Assembly (NCBI GenBank): GCA_963422735.1
Contig: OY730476.1
Span: 1,472,001 to 1,536,000, forward strand
Length of the DNA: 64,000 bases
Direction of reading: 5' to 3'
Origin: Candidatus Latescibacterota bacterium
Lineage (GTDB): Bacteria > Latescibacterota > UBA2968 > UBA8231
Both the position numbers and the translations under genes were made by a program. This document shows positions 29,164-39,096 of the stretch, piece after piece; the first letter of the stretch is position 1, and each line of letters starts with the position of its first letter. Below the pieces are notes generated by a model. The model was not told the DNA's origin. It saw nothing but the letters and a program-made list of their open reading frames with translations, and made no database searches.

Positions 29164-30138
29164 CTAGGCGATTGCTCGACATCGCAGACGACGATCATCC
29201 ACATCCTTTGCCACCTCAACCATCACTTTAAGCGCCTCTTGCGAGCTCGCCTCGTGCTCATCGGGCTTCTGTTTCAGCCCCCACGATGAACCCATGATCT
29301 TGTCACAGAAGGCACCCGCAAACATCCGCTCCTCATTTTCCCCCAATACATCGCTGAAAACCGTCACTGCCTCACGCAAGATCTCCCGCTTCTCTGCAGC
29401 GGTTTGTCCGAAGCCCATCGCGTTGTTGATGAACCGGCCGACGTCCAGACACGAGGCACCGATGACGCCCTTAGGATCTATCGCCAGCCAGCCGCGGTCT
29501 GCGTCAGACAGGATGTTCCAGTGATGGAGGTCGCCGTGCAGCAGCATTTGGGGCTCATCCGGCTCCATCAGGATTCCCATCATGGACTCTACGCGCGGAA
29601 TCTGCTCGATATAGCCTCTTGCTCTCTCGGGATCCTTGCAGCTTCTGGCGTCCTCAAACGCACCTTGCATCCAATCCATAAAGTGCGGCAGGGTGTGGTT
29701 CGACGGCGGCAGGGTCGCGTGTAAATCCTCGAGGATACGCGCCGTAATCTCACTTTGCTCGCGTGCGTTCTCAACGGAATATAGCATCTTGCCAGGACGC
29801 AGTCGTTCGAGCAACATGGCGTTGAGCGCTTTGTCGCAGTCGATGAGCCGGTTGATCCCACGGCCTTCATAGATCGCCAACGCTTCTATCTCTGCGCTGA
29901 AATCGTCGTGCGGGACGCCCACCTTGAGCACGGCCTTTTCTCCATTGCCCATCTCGACATAGGCGATATAGTTGACCTTGATCTCCTCGGTCGGTGAGCC
30001 GAGTATCAGGCTCCACTTATCGCAGCATCGCCCGAGAATGGACGGCAGTTCCCCAAGCCATGCTTCGCCTTCTTTGCCAAATTCTCTGGTCGCGTATCTC
30101 AGGAATCGCTCGGGAAACTTCAGTGCGTCAATCGGCAT
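29164..30138 (-). CDS. APH(6)/hydroxyurea-kinase family phosphotransferase
   Basis: AVLKV, MLLERLRPG, LLHGDLHHWNIL, WLAIDPKG. Confidence 0.88.
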   Translation of the reverse strand: MPIDALKFPERFLRYATREFGKEGEAWLGELPSILGRCCDKWSLILGSPTEEIKVNYIAYVEMGNGEKAVLKVGVPHDDFSAEIEALAIYEGRGINRLIDCDKALNAMLLERLRPGKMLYSVENAREQSEITARILEDLHATLPPSNHTLPHFMDWMQGAFEDARSCKDPERARGYIEQIPRVESMMGILMEPDEPQMLLHGDLHHWNILSDADRGWLAIDPKGVIGASCLDVGRFINNAMGFGQTAAEKREILREAVTVFSDVLGENEERMFAGAFCDKIMGSSWGLKQKPDEHEASSQEALKVMVEVAKDVDDRRLRCRAIA

Positions 30139-30170
30139 CTGCCGCTCTCTTGCTCAAATCGCTCAACGCG

Positions 30171-31055
30171 CTACTTGAGGAACATCTCTCCGGTGAAGGG
30201 CAGAGGCTCAGCTGGGCGCTCGTAGCGAATCTGTTGGGGCGTCTTTTCGAGCGCGGCGGCCCACTGGTCGCGCCAGCCTTCATAGGAGGTCTCCGAGGCG
30301 GGGTCGCGCCGGCTGCGGGCGATGAGACTGGGCCATTCTGGTCGCGGGGAAGGCTCACCCGTTTTCTGGTAGCGCAGATCCATGCTCCAGCGCACGGCGT
30401 TGGTGTTGTTGGGTCCTGAGCCGTGGGGAGTTAGTTTGTGTACGAACAGAACGTCCCCCTTCTGCATGGGCAGACTAATCCGCTCGGTCTGGGGTATATC
30501 CTGCCCATACGACCAATAAACCATGCGCTGCTGATGGACTCGGGGTTGGACCTGCAAGCAGCCGTTCTCTTCGGTCGCCTCGACCAAGGGGATCCAGACG
30601 GTCACCTGTAGGATGCTTTGTGCTTGTTGGGTGGTGAACACGGCATCCTGATGAAAGACGACATCTGTCGCGGGTAGCTTTGGCCGGACGTGTGACACGG
30701 CATTGCAGGTAATTTCTGGACCGACGAAAGGCTCAATCAGATCGACGAGGTTCTGGTTGCGCAAAAACTCAAAGGTGCCGCGCCGGCGGGTTTCCCCTAT
30801 GTCGGGGCAGCCATCAACTTCGTCGCACTCTTCTGCGAGGCAGGCCAAGCGCCGCGCAAAAGGCTCGTTTTCGTAGAGGTTGGCGATCTTGCCTTGGCCG
30901 TGTAGATCGCGGGCGATTTGATCGACGATGATATTGTGATCCTCGATGAGCGGCGCGAGATCGTCGTCGGTAAGCCCTCCTTTGATAATGACGTACCCTT
31001 CTTCCGCGAAAAAGTCGAGTTGTTGGCCTTTCACTATGGGTCTCCTTCTGCTCAA
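30171..31055 (-). CDS. PhyH-family Fe/2OG dioxygenase
   Basis: FHQD, VWIPL..AT.ENGCL, PHGSGPN...RWSMDLRY. Confidence 0.88.
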   Translation of the reverse strand: MSRRRPIVKGQQLDFFAEEGYVIIKGGLTDDDLAPLIEDHNIIVDQIARDLHGQGKIANLYENEPFARRLACLAEECDEVDGCPDIGETRRRGTFEFLRNQNLVDLIEPFVGPEITCNAVSHVRPKLPATDVVFHQDAVFTTQQAQSILQVTVWIPLVEATEENGCLQVQPRVHQQRMVYWSYGQDIPQTERISLPMQKGDVLFVHKLTPHGSGPNNTNAVRWSMDLRYQKTGEPSPRPEWPSLIARSRRDPASETSYEGWRDQWAAALEKTPQQIRYERPAEPLPFTGEMFLK

Positions 31056-31209
31056 ATCAGCTTAAGTTTTCTTCCTTGCCTCCAAGTCCTTTATAACGAC
31101 TCGACCGACGGGAAGCAAGGCCCCTCGGCCCGTTTCACCTAGACTTGTAAGGGGCTTGGATTGCCTCTACAATAAAAGGCTGCACTCACTCTCAAACAAA
31201 GACTATAGC

Positions 31210-32337
31210 ATGTTGGTGCTGATTTTCCTAGCGCTGCTCGGCTCGATCTACGGCTATTCGGGCTGGCGGCTCATCCCCTATCTCCCTCCGTCCGCACAGA
31301 TCGGTGCCACACTGGCGCTGGTGTTCCTACTATTGATGCCCTTGTTGCTCTTTCGCCTGCGCTCCCGTCCGCATCTGGTCTGGCTGACGGATCCCCTCGC
31401 CTGGGTGGCCTATCTCGGCATGGGCTTTTTCACCGTCTGCTCGACTCTGCTGCTCCTGCGCGATATAGGGGGACTGCCACTGGGCCTAGTCTATCCTATC
31501 GACGCAGGGCTCAATGCCAGCATCGACTTGGCGACCTTTGTCCTGACTCTGATTGTGGCGGCCTATGGCTACTACCAAGCGCGCCGTACGCCCGCGGTTC
31601 GCCGGGTCGATGTCCCTATCGCGGATCTTCCGCCCGCGCTAGTTGGGCTGCGCATCGTCCAGATCAGCGATCTCCACGTCGGGCCGACCATCAAGGCCCC
31701 TTTTGTGGAGCGCGTTGTCGCCCGTGTCAACCAATTGCAACCCGACCTAATCGCCTTCACCGGCGACCTCGCCGACGGAGCTGTCGAACAGCTCGCCCCC
31801 CACACGACCGCCCTAGCCGAACTCACCGCGCCACTAGGAGTCTATTTCTGCACCGGCAACCACGAATACTACTCGGGCGTGGAGAGCTGGACCGAACAAG
31901 CGCGCTGCCTCGGCTTCGACGTCCTGCTCAACGAGGGACGCCTGATCGACTGCGGCGGCGGGCGGATCGCCTTAGCCGGCGCGACCGACTTCAGCGCCGG
32001 CGAGCTAGTCCCCGACCACGCATCGGACCCGGGCAAGGCCCTTGCCGCGAGCGACGGGGCCGATGTGCGCATCCTGCTCGCGCACCAGCCCCGCAGCATA
32101 GAGGCCGCCAGCCAAGCCAATTGCCACCTGCAACTGTCGGGCCACACGCACGGCGGCCAATTTGTGCCGTGGAAGTACGCAATTCCCCTGCAACAGCCCT
32201 ACGTCGCGGGTCTGCACAAATTTCGCGACACTTGGATCTACATCCACCGAGGCACTGGCTACTGGGGTCCGCCGCTGCGGCTCGGGGCCCCTTCCGAAAT
32301 CGCGCTACTCACCCTGAGCCGAGCTGGGTCCGCATGA
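31210..32337 (+). CDS. Membrane-anchored metallophosphoesterase (YkuE-like)
   Basis: DLH, GDLAD, GNHE, GHTHGGQ. Confidence 0.9.
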   Translation: MLVLIFLALLGSIYGYSGWRLIPYLPPSAQIGATLALVFLLLMPLLLFRLRSRPHLVWLTDPLAWVAYLGMGFFTVCSTLLLLRDIGGLPLGLVYPIDAGLNASIDLATFVLTLIVAAYGYYQARRTPAVRRVDVPIADLPPALVGLRIVQISDLHVGPTIKAPFVERVVARVNQLQPDLIAFTGDLADGAVEQLAPHTTALAELTAPLGVYFCTGNHEYYSGVESWTEQARCLGFDVLLNEGRLIDCGGGRIALAGATDFSAGELVPDHASDPGKALAASDGADVRILLAHQPRSIEAASQANCHLQLSGHTHGGQFVPWKYAIPLQQPYVAGLHKFRDTWIYIHRGTGYWGPPLRLGAPSEIALLTLSRAGSA

Positions 32338-32359
32338 AACCGCTTGGCGAAGTTCGTTG

Positions 32360-32767
32360 ATCATAGAGCACTGAGTGGGCGTTGATACCGTTTTGCTAAT
32401 GGTCTGTCCTAAGGTCGTCTCAGAAGCTGTCTTAAAATTCCGGGTTTGGTTTCTCAAGTGGCTCAGAACATCTGGGAACAAGGGCGTCTCGCCCTCGAAA
32501 ATCGCTTGCCGTCAAGAAAACGCGATAGCCCTACAGAGCGGCCCGATGGGGATTTTAAGACAGCTTCTCAAAGGCGAGACTATCTCCCTTTCTCACGTGT
32601 TCGTGGATCTCGTTTAGCATCAGCTTCGCAGCCTGTATCGCAACTAGTTATGGTCTAAAGCGATGATATCCGCGTTTATAAAGGTGGGGCAATAATTCGG
32701 TAGCAAACGTCGTCTTGCCTGCACCGTTTGGTCCGGCAATGATCAGTATCCTTTTGCAGGCTGCCAT
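32360..32767 (-). pseudogene. Zeta-toxin-like P-loop protein, degraded and MITE-interrupted
   Basis: IIAGPNGAGKTT; VAIQAAKLML...SLAF|ETTL split by an insertion. Confidence 0.75.
32423..32567. mobile_element. 145-bp MITE with 16-bp TIRs and TCA target duplication
   Basis: GAAGCTGTCTTAAAAT ... ATTTTAAGACAGCTTC, with TCA on both sides. Confidence 0.88.
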
Positions 32768-32771
32768 CCGC

Positions 32772-34376
32772 TCACATCCCCCACACCGAGACCGGTGTAC
32801 CACCTGCGGTTTCCTCACGGCGATACACCTTGTCGTCCCACGACTTGCCCTCAGTGCGGTCGAAGAGCACGAGGTGCCCTTCCGCCGCCGCGCAGCGATC
32901 CATGTAGGCGCACGTCTGCTCCAGACCTTCGCGCAGCGTCTGCTCCAAACTTCGATGCAGCACCTTGCACTCGATGACGACCTTCTGCACCCTGCCGGGA
33001 TCCCCGCCCACCGGCCACACCAGTAGCAGATCCGTGCGCCTGCGGCCCAAGCCATACTCGCGTTCAATCCGCCCGCCACTGTTGACGATGCGCTGCAAGA
33101 ACGCCTGCAACAGCAACTGTGGGCCGGCCTCCTTGTACTGGAAACGCTCTACCCAGTGCTCGGAATGCTCGCGGAAGAACTCCTGAAACGCGGCCAATAG
33201 CTTGCCCACCTGTAAGGTGCCGTCAGCATCGACGTACCAAGCCGGGTCGTGGTGGATCGACATCTCCTGCGTGGTATAGGTGAGGTCGCGCGGGATCACC
33301 TCGCGGTAGATGGGGTTGGCGATGGCAACGGGACCGTCTCGCGCCACCAAGCCCAAGTCGCGTGCGTACTGCAGATCGTCGGCGGGAATTGAGTCGGCGG
33401 CAGCGGTGCCGCTCAGCAGCGGTTCGACGACTCGGCGCACCCGTTCCTCTTGGAGTTTGTCGGTGAGCTGGTCCAAGTGGGTCTCGCGGCGCAGGATCAA
33501 CTGCTCGCGGGCGTCTTGGATGTCGGCGGCGGTGATCGACCGGCTGCGGTCGCGTCCGGCCTTACTCTTGAAGCAGGCTTCGTAGGCGAGAGCGTTGACC
33601 AGCCACGGTTGGCCCTGGGTCAGTTCCCAGACGTCGCTTCGCGCCTTCTCAGTGGACGCTTGGCCGGTCTCCTCGGTGTGCTGTGCCAGCAGCGATTCGA
33701 CCTCGTCGCGCGAGAAGTCCCCCAGGCGCAGGGATTCGGAGCGGATGTTGAAGGCACTGCCCCCAGCGATGATGGCGTTTTCAGCGGACGACCGGATGCG
33801 GTAATCGCGCACGTCGCGCACGCCGCACAGGATCACGCTCTGCGGAAAGCGGCGCGGGCGCTCCGGGTAGCCAGCGCGTAGTTGCCGCAGCACAGCCAGC
33901 AGGGTGTCGCCGATCAGCGCGTCAATCTCGTCGAGCATGAGCACCAGCGGCTTGGCGTCCGACTCAGCCCAGCGGGCAAGGGTCTCCCCAAGCGCGTCGT
34001 TGGGGCCAGCGTCGTCGAGGATGCTGGGCCAGATGCCAGCGACAAACAAGTCATCGAGCGCGTGGCGCGCCGCACGAGCCAATGCGCTGAGCATCGCCCG
34101 CATGGCCGCGGCCACATCCTCCCGCGCCGACTGGCCGATCTCGACGTTGACGTACGCGCAGCGGAACTCGCCGCTGGCGTTTAGTTCGTCCCTCAGCGCT
34201 AGGAGGGTGGAGGTCTTGCCCGTCTGGCGAGGCGCATGCAGGACAAAGTACTTCCGCTGCCGGATGAGCAGCAGCATATCTTCGACAGCGAGCCGTGCCA
34301 AGGGCGAGATGTGGTAGTGTATCTCCGCATCAATGGGACCGGCGGTGTTGAAGAAACGCATGGTTGTTGTCGTCAT
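32772..34376 (-). CDS. AAA-like ATPase with C-terminal PD-(D/E)XK-like domain
   Basis: HAPRQTGKTS, LMLDEID, REYGLG..RTDLL...IECK. Confidence 0.85.
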   Translation of the reverse strand: MTTTTMRFFNTAGPIDAEIHYHISPLARLAVEDMLLLIRQRKYFVLHAPRQTGKTSTLLALRDELNASGEFRCAYVNVEIGQSAREDVAAAMRAMLSALARAARHALDDLFVAGIWPSILDDAGPNDALGETLARWAESDAKPLVLMLDEIDALIGDTLLAVLRQLRAGYPERPRRFPQSVILCGVRDVRDYRIRSSAENAIIAGGSAFNIRSESLRLGDFSRDEVESLLAQHTEETGQASTEKARSDVWELTQGQPWLVNALAYEACFKSKAGRDRSRSITAADIQDAREQLILRRETHLDQLTDKLQEERVRRVVEPLLSGTAAADSIPADDLQYARDLGLVARDGPVAIANPIYREVIPRDLTYTTQEMSIHHDPAWYVDADGTLQVGKLLAAFQEFFREHSEHWVERFQYKEAGPQLLLQAFLQRIVNSGGRIEREYGLGRRRTDLLLVWPVGGDPGRVQKVVIECKVLHRSLEQTLREGLEQTCAYMDRCAAAEGHLVLFDRTEGKSWDDKVYRREETAGGTPVSVWGM

Positions 34377-34469
34377 TTGTTGCGATCCCTTACTGGCGGG
34401 TGGTCTTAGGACTGTCGATCAACCTGCGCCTCCAAGACCGCCACTTCAAAATTTCCCTATGAGTTTGAT

Positions 34470-34851
34470 TCATGCAATCGCGGCTGCCTCACTCGGCTGC
34501 CCTATAACAGCCCCCGGGGTGATCGCGTAGGCGAGAGATTCGCGGCTCCTGACGAGCAGCTTGGCAAACCCCCGCCAAACGCGGGTGAGGCGTGGCGCAG
34601 TCGAAGACGACGTAGAGCCAGTCTTCGTCGCGGAGATTGCAAGCCTTGGCCCATTCATTTTCACTCAGTTCAATGCCCCCGGTACCAGCCCGTCCCTTGA
34701 CTTCTATGGCGCGTCGTTCCGCTGCGGCGCGGCGGGAGAGCAGATCGAAGCCAGGTCAATCGGTTAGCCCGACGCGACGCGCTAGTTCGGGCCGCGAAAT
34801 ATCCTGCACCTCGGCCCCGAAACGCTCCTCATAAGCGGTAGCGACCTCCAT
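34470..34851 (-). pseudogene. DUF3883 domain remnant (helicase C-terminus type)
   Basis: MEVATAYEE...*PGFDLLS...AIEVKGR...ELSENEWAKA.NL...WLYVV with internal stop and frameshift. Confidence 0.7.
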
Positions 34852-34866
34852 TTTATAATCGCGTTA

Positions 34867-35015
34867 CGGAATTTCCTAGTGTACGGTTGGGGATTCCGGT
34901 TTCATGTAGGCGGTATCACTCGGCTGGCCCGTAGCCCTCGTCCGGGCCAGCGCGGCTCCCCGCGTCAATGTTCCGAGGCCCGTCGCCGGGTACCCGTCGC
35001 CACTAACCACTAACC
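34867..35015 (-). repeat. Dispersed ~150-bp repeat, copy A
   Basis: About 90% identical by eye over a ~120-nt core to 52736-52892, in inverted orientation. Confidence 0.9.
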
Positions 35016-35055
35016 AAGCCGTTACTCCGGCCAGCAGCAGACTTCAACGGCGCGG

Positions 35056-35871
35056 CTATTCCTTCACGGCACCTGCCGTCAGCCCCTGCGTGAAAAATCG
35101 CTGGGTAAAAAGAAAAAAGAGTACCGTCGGCACCAAGGCGATGATCGAGGCCGCCGAGATGTAGCGCCAGTTGACCCCGAAGACGCCTTGGAGACTGGCC
35201 AGCCCCAATTGGAGGGTGTACAGCTCGCGGCTTTTGAGCACCACGAGCGGCCACAGAAAGTCGTTCCACTGGGCCACAAACGTAAACGCCGCCTGCACGG
35301 CGAGGGCCGGTTTGACTAGGGGCATCATAATGCGCGCATAGATGGTCCATGAACCGCAGCCGTCGATGCGAGCGGCGTCCTCTAAGTCGGTGGGAATGGT
35401 GGTGAAGGCTTGGCGCAGGAGAAAGATGCCAAAAGCGTTGACCGCTACCGGCAGGATGACGCCGGCGTACGAATCCACGAGGCCAAGCTTCAAAGTGACG
35501 ATAAAGAGCGGGATTAAGAGGACTTGGAACGGCACCATGGTCGTGGCCAATATGCAGTAGAAAATGGCTTGGCGTCCGCGAAAGTGCATGCGGGCGAGGG
35601 CGTAGCCAGCCAGCGAGCAGCACGCCAAGTTGAGCAGGACGGTGGCGATGGCAATGTAGAAGGTATTGAAGAGATAGCGCACGAACGGGAGGATGTTCCA
35701 AGCCTTGACGAAGTTACTCCAGACGATGGGGTCGGGAATCCACTGCGGAGGATGGGCGAACAGATCGGCCGACTCGGCCTTGAGCGCGGTGGATAGCAGC
35801 CAAGCGAAAGGGGCCAGCAAAATCGCGCCGACCGCGAACAGGACCGCGTAGAGCAGAATGCGCGTGGCCAT
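35056..35871 (-). CDS. Carbohydrate ABC transporter permease (MalG-like)
   Basis: EDAARIDG, QWNDFLWPL. Confidence 0.92.
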   Translation of the reverse strand: MATRILLYAVLFAVGAILLAPFAWLLSTALKAESADLFAHPPQWIPDPIVWSNFVKAWNILPFVRYLFNTFYIAIATVLLNLACCSLAGYALARMHFRGRQAIFYCILATTMVPFQVLLIPLFIVTLKLGLVDSYAGVILPVAVNAFGIFLLRQAFTTIPTDLEDAARIDGCGSWTIYARIMMPLVKPALAVQAAFTFVAQWNDFLWPLVVLKSRELYTLQLGLASLQGVFGVNWRYISAASIIALVPTVLFFLFTQRFFTQGLTAGAVKE

Positions 35872-35872
35872 C

Positions 35873-36793
35873 TCAATATCCTCGGCCAGCGAGGCGAAAA
35901 TTGAGCAGAGCAAAGATCAATATGACGACCAGCAAGCAGAGCGAGACAGCCGCTGCGTACCCTACTTCGAGGTATTTGAACCCGAGCGTATAGATGTAAT
36001 AGGCCAACAGGTTCGTGCGATGGAAGGGGCCGCCGCCGGTCATCACGTACACTTCGCCGAAGGTGCGCAAGGCAGCGATGGTGGCGATGATGGAAACCAC
36101 GAGCGTATAGGGTTTGATCGTTGGAATGATGACGTGGCGCACGACCTGCCACCAACCGGCCCCATCGACGCGGGCAGCTTCTTTGAGCTGAGCCGGAATG
36201 CCCTGCAGGCCGGCTAGATAGATGATCATGTAGTACGGCGCGGCCTTCCACACGGTGACTATGGCCACCGCAAACAGGGCAATCGCTGGCTCGGTCAACC
36301 ACGCGGATTGGGTCTCCACACCCAACAGGCCCAAGAAAGCCTCGGGGACGCCGCGCACATCGGCCAGCCACGACGGGCCGCTGACACCCAGCCCCTTGAG
36401 GAAGGCATTGAGCAGGCCATCGGCATTGTAGAGCCACTTCCAGACGATGCCGGCGACGACTATGGAGGTGACAACCGGAATGTAGTACAGGGTGCGAAAG
36501 ACCTTGATCAGCCGCAGCGAGTTGTCGAGCAGGAGCGCCATAAAAAACGAGAGCACCACGAGCGCGGGCACGACGATGATCGCGTAGAGCAGGGTATTGG
36601 CCAAGACCCGCCAAAACAGCTCGTCGCCCCAAGCGCGGCGAAAGTTGTCGAGGCCGACAAAGGTTGGCGGCGAGAAGATGTTGTAGCGATGCAGGCTGAG
36701 ATAGAGCGTGTCGAGCAAGGGATAGGCGAAGAATACGACTAGGAACAACAGCCCGGGGGCGACAAAGTAATAAGGTGTGTAGCGTCCGTACAT
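35873..36793 (-). CDS. Carbohydrate ABC transporter permease (MalF-like)
   Basis: FVGLDNF, YLAGLQGIP..L.EAARVDGA, MTGGGP. Confidence 0.92.
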   Translation of the reverse strand: MYGRYTPYYFVAPGLLFLVVFFAYPLLDTLYLSLHRYNIFSPPTFVGLDNFRRAWGDELFWRVLANTLLYAIIVVPALVVLSFFMALLLDNSLRLIKVFRTLYYIPVVTSIVVAGIVWKWLYNADGLLNAFLKGLGVSGPSWLADVRGVPEAFLGLLGVETQSAWLTEPAIALFAVAIVTVWKAAPYYMIIYLAGLQGIPAQLKEAARVDGAGWWQVVRHVIIPTIKPYTLVVSIIATIAALRTFGEVYVMTGGGPFHRTNLLAYYIYTLGFKYLEVGYAAAVSLCLLVVILIFALLNFRLAGRGY

Positions 36794-36803
36794 GGATTTA
36801 GTC

Positions 36804-38057
36804 TCAATGGAAGCGCGACAGGTGGTTCCATTTGGATTCGATGCGGCTGAGGGCGGCGTCCGCACTCTGCTGGCCGGCCAATGCCTTGGCGAATTCTTCG
36901 TGGAGAATGTCCTCCATCCGACTCCAGCCCTCGACGTCGGGCGGGGCCATGACAAAGGAGTGGGCGATGTCGGCCGCGGAAAGCTGGTTGGCGGCGTCGG
37001 CCAGCGTGGTGGGCCGGCGGCGGAAATAGGGGTCGGCGGCCGCGTCCACGGTCGAGGGCAAAATGGCGACTCGGCGGCAAAATTCGAGCTGGTTTGCGTC
37101 GTTGGTGACAAACAGCCCGAAGTCAACGGCTTGCTCTACGTGGGGCGAGGCTTTGGGCACGACGAGCACTTGGCTGGTGGCCGGCACTTGGCCGAGGCGG
37201 CCCCGAGGCATGGGTGCTGGTGCCGCCTTTTTGGCAAAGGAGTCGTCGAAGTAGCGGGTGATCCACCCGCCGGAGAAGGGCAGCATGGCCGCACGGCCCT
37301 CGATGAACCAATTGACCTCGTCGCGGTGGGAGGCGGCGAGGGCCTCGGGCGGAACGATTTCTTGCTGATAGGCATCGATCCACTTCTGCAAGATAGCTTG
37401 GGCCTCGGGGTGGTTGATGCGGGCGCGGCGGGCGTTGGGAGTAAAGAGCGGCCAGAAGCCGTCTAGACGCAACAGGGCCCAAGGCGGGGCTACGAGCGAG
37501 GGATGCAGCCGCCAAGAGATGCCGTATTTGCCGGTGCGCTCGCGGATTTGGCGGCCCATGGCGAGCATCTCGTCGATGGTGGCCGGCGGGCGCTCGGGGT
37601 CGAGCCCGGCTTGGGCAAAGAGGTCCTTGTTGTACCAGAGCATGGTGACGCCGACGTACCAAGGGATGGCGTAGTTGCTGCCTTGGAAGTAGCCGACGCC
37701 GCGCCAGAAATTTGCGAGCCGTTTGGCCTTTTCGGCTGGCGCGACCGCTTCGTCCATGTTGACGAGGATGTCGTATTGCAAAAAGCGAGGCAGGTCGTAG
37801 ATATTGGCCAAGTCTGGGGGCGCGTCTCCTACCAAGGCGGCGAGGAACTTCTCGGCCACTTCGCCGCCGCTGACATCGACCCACTTGACTTTTACGCCGG
37901 GATGCGCCTGCTCGTACTCAGCGATCATGCCCAAGATGTAGTCGGCGAATGCATCGCCAAGGGCAATGGTCCAGAACTCGAGGGTGACGGTGGCATCTTG
38001 GCGCGGCTCAGAGCCGCAGGATGAAAGGACGAGGAGGAGAGAAAGGGCTAATGGCAT
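36804..38057 (-). CDS. Sugar ABC transporter substrate-binding lipoprotein
   Basis: LSSC lipobox; YAIPWY, YNKDLF..AGLDPERPP. Confidence 0.9.
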   Translation of the reverse strand: MPLALSLLLVLSSCGSEPRQDATVTLEFWTIALGDAFADYILGMIAEYEQAHPGVKVKWVDVSGGEVAEKFLAALVGDAPPDLANIYDLPRFLQYDILVNMDEAVAPAEKAKRLANFWRGVGYFQGSNYAIPWYVGVTMLWYNKDLFAQAGLDPERPPATIDEMLAMGRQIRERTGKYGISWRLHPSLVAPPWALLRLDGFWPLFTPNARRARINHPEAQAILQKWIDAYQQEIVPPEALAASHRDEVNWFIEGRAAMLPFSGGWITRYFDDSFAKKAAPAPMPRGRLGQVPATSQVLVVPKASPHVEQAVDFGLFVTNDANQLEFCRRVAILPSTVDAAADPYFRRRPTTLADAANQLSAADIAHSFVMAPPDVEGWSRMEDILHEEFAKALAGQQSADAALSRIESKWNHLSRFH

Positions 38058-38198
38058 TGCGAATTGGGGGCGAAAGGGTGGAGTGCAGGGTCTTGTCCAT
38101 ATAAATAGGATTTGGCATCGTCACACGGCTCGTTGTGTTGACAAACTACGTTTGAGCGCATCTGCAAGCAATGCGCCAGCCCCGAAAAGGAGCTTTTC

Positions 38199-38850
38199 AT
38201 GCGTCTGTTTTTCTCTACCCTGATAGGCGTAGTCTTTTTCGCCTGCGCGGATAACGAGTGGATGAATTAGAGCAGCGTCTCGACGAAGTGGAAGCCGCGC
38301 AAGAGGAGGACTTGGCGCGACTCGAAGCCCTCGCGGTGACGGCAGACAATGCCGAGGAGATCGGCCAAGTGCGCGCCAAGCTGACGCAGACGAGTATTTC
38401 GCGGTCGGAATTTACGGCCCTGAGAAATCGCGTGACAGCGCTTGAACGCCAGATTGGGGATTGGAGCGGGATTGTCAGTTCTATTCAGCACTCCATCTAT
38501 GCTGTGCTTCACTGGGCCTACGATGACGAAGATAGTTTTATAACATTTGTCGGCACGGCCTTTGCCGTAGAAGGCAAAACGCTTGGGACATTGATTACTA
38601 TCGGCTACACTCGGAATATGACCCCGACAATCAAAGTTCGCCTGACGTAGGTACGCTGCATATTAGCTATGAAGGCTCTTTTCCGCAGCGTATCACCTTG
38701 GCGTCAAGCAGCGGGGCTCGCCGATTGAAAATAGGTGCTCCAATAGCGACTTTGGGATTCCCCGGCGAGCTTCAAAGCAGTGAAACAGAACACATTTCTC
38801 CGATCGCCACTTTTAAGGATGGCACTATTAGTGCCTTGCGCCCTCCCTAG
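38199..38850 (+). pseudogene. Decayed lipoprotein trypsin-like serine protease
   Basis: FFAC lipobox then frameshift; GTAFAV; IATLGFPGE; PIATFKDGTISALR; catalytic His and Ser segments missing. Confidence 0.6.
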
Positions 38851-39028
38851 CTTAGAGCAGACTATCCTCGCAGGTCTCGACCAGACCCGCGCCTACATGA
38901 ATCGCTGCACCCCAAGCGAAGGGCATCTCGTGATCTTTGACCGCACAGCCGGGATGTCGTGGGACGACAAGATCTTCCGCCGCGAGGAGGGCATGGGCGC
39001 GACAAAAGTCACCGTGTGGGGCATGTAA
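38848..39028 (+). pseudogene. C-terminal fragment of an AAA ATPase paralogue
   Basis: SLEQT...EGHLVIFDR...WDDK...VWGM matches the end of 32772..34376. Confidence 0.85.
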
Positions 39029-39096
39029 AGGTTCGGCAAATAGGTGTGAAAAATCCCGAAAAATCGGCGCGTTTGCAGAATATCTCTGAAGCCAGA

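Noticed and set aside
29164-30138. APH(6) plus AAC(3) homologues as a resistance island
   Set aside because: They are unlinked, divergent family members without integron or transposon context; resistance is not supported.
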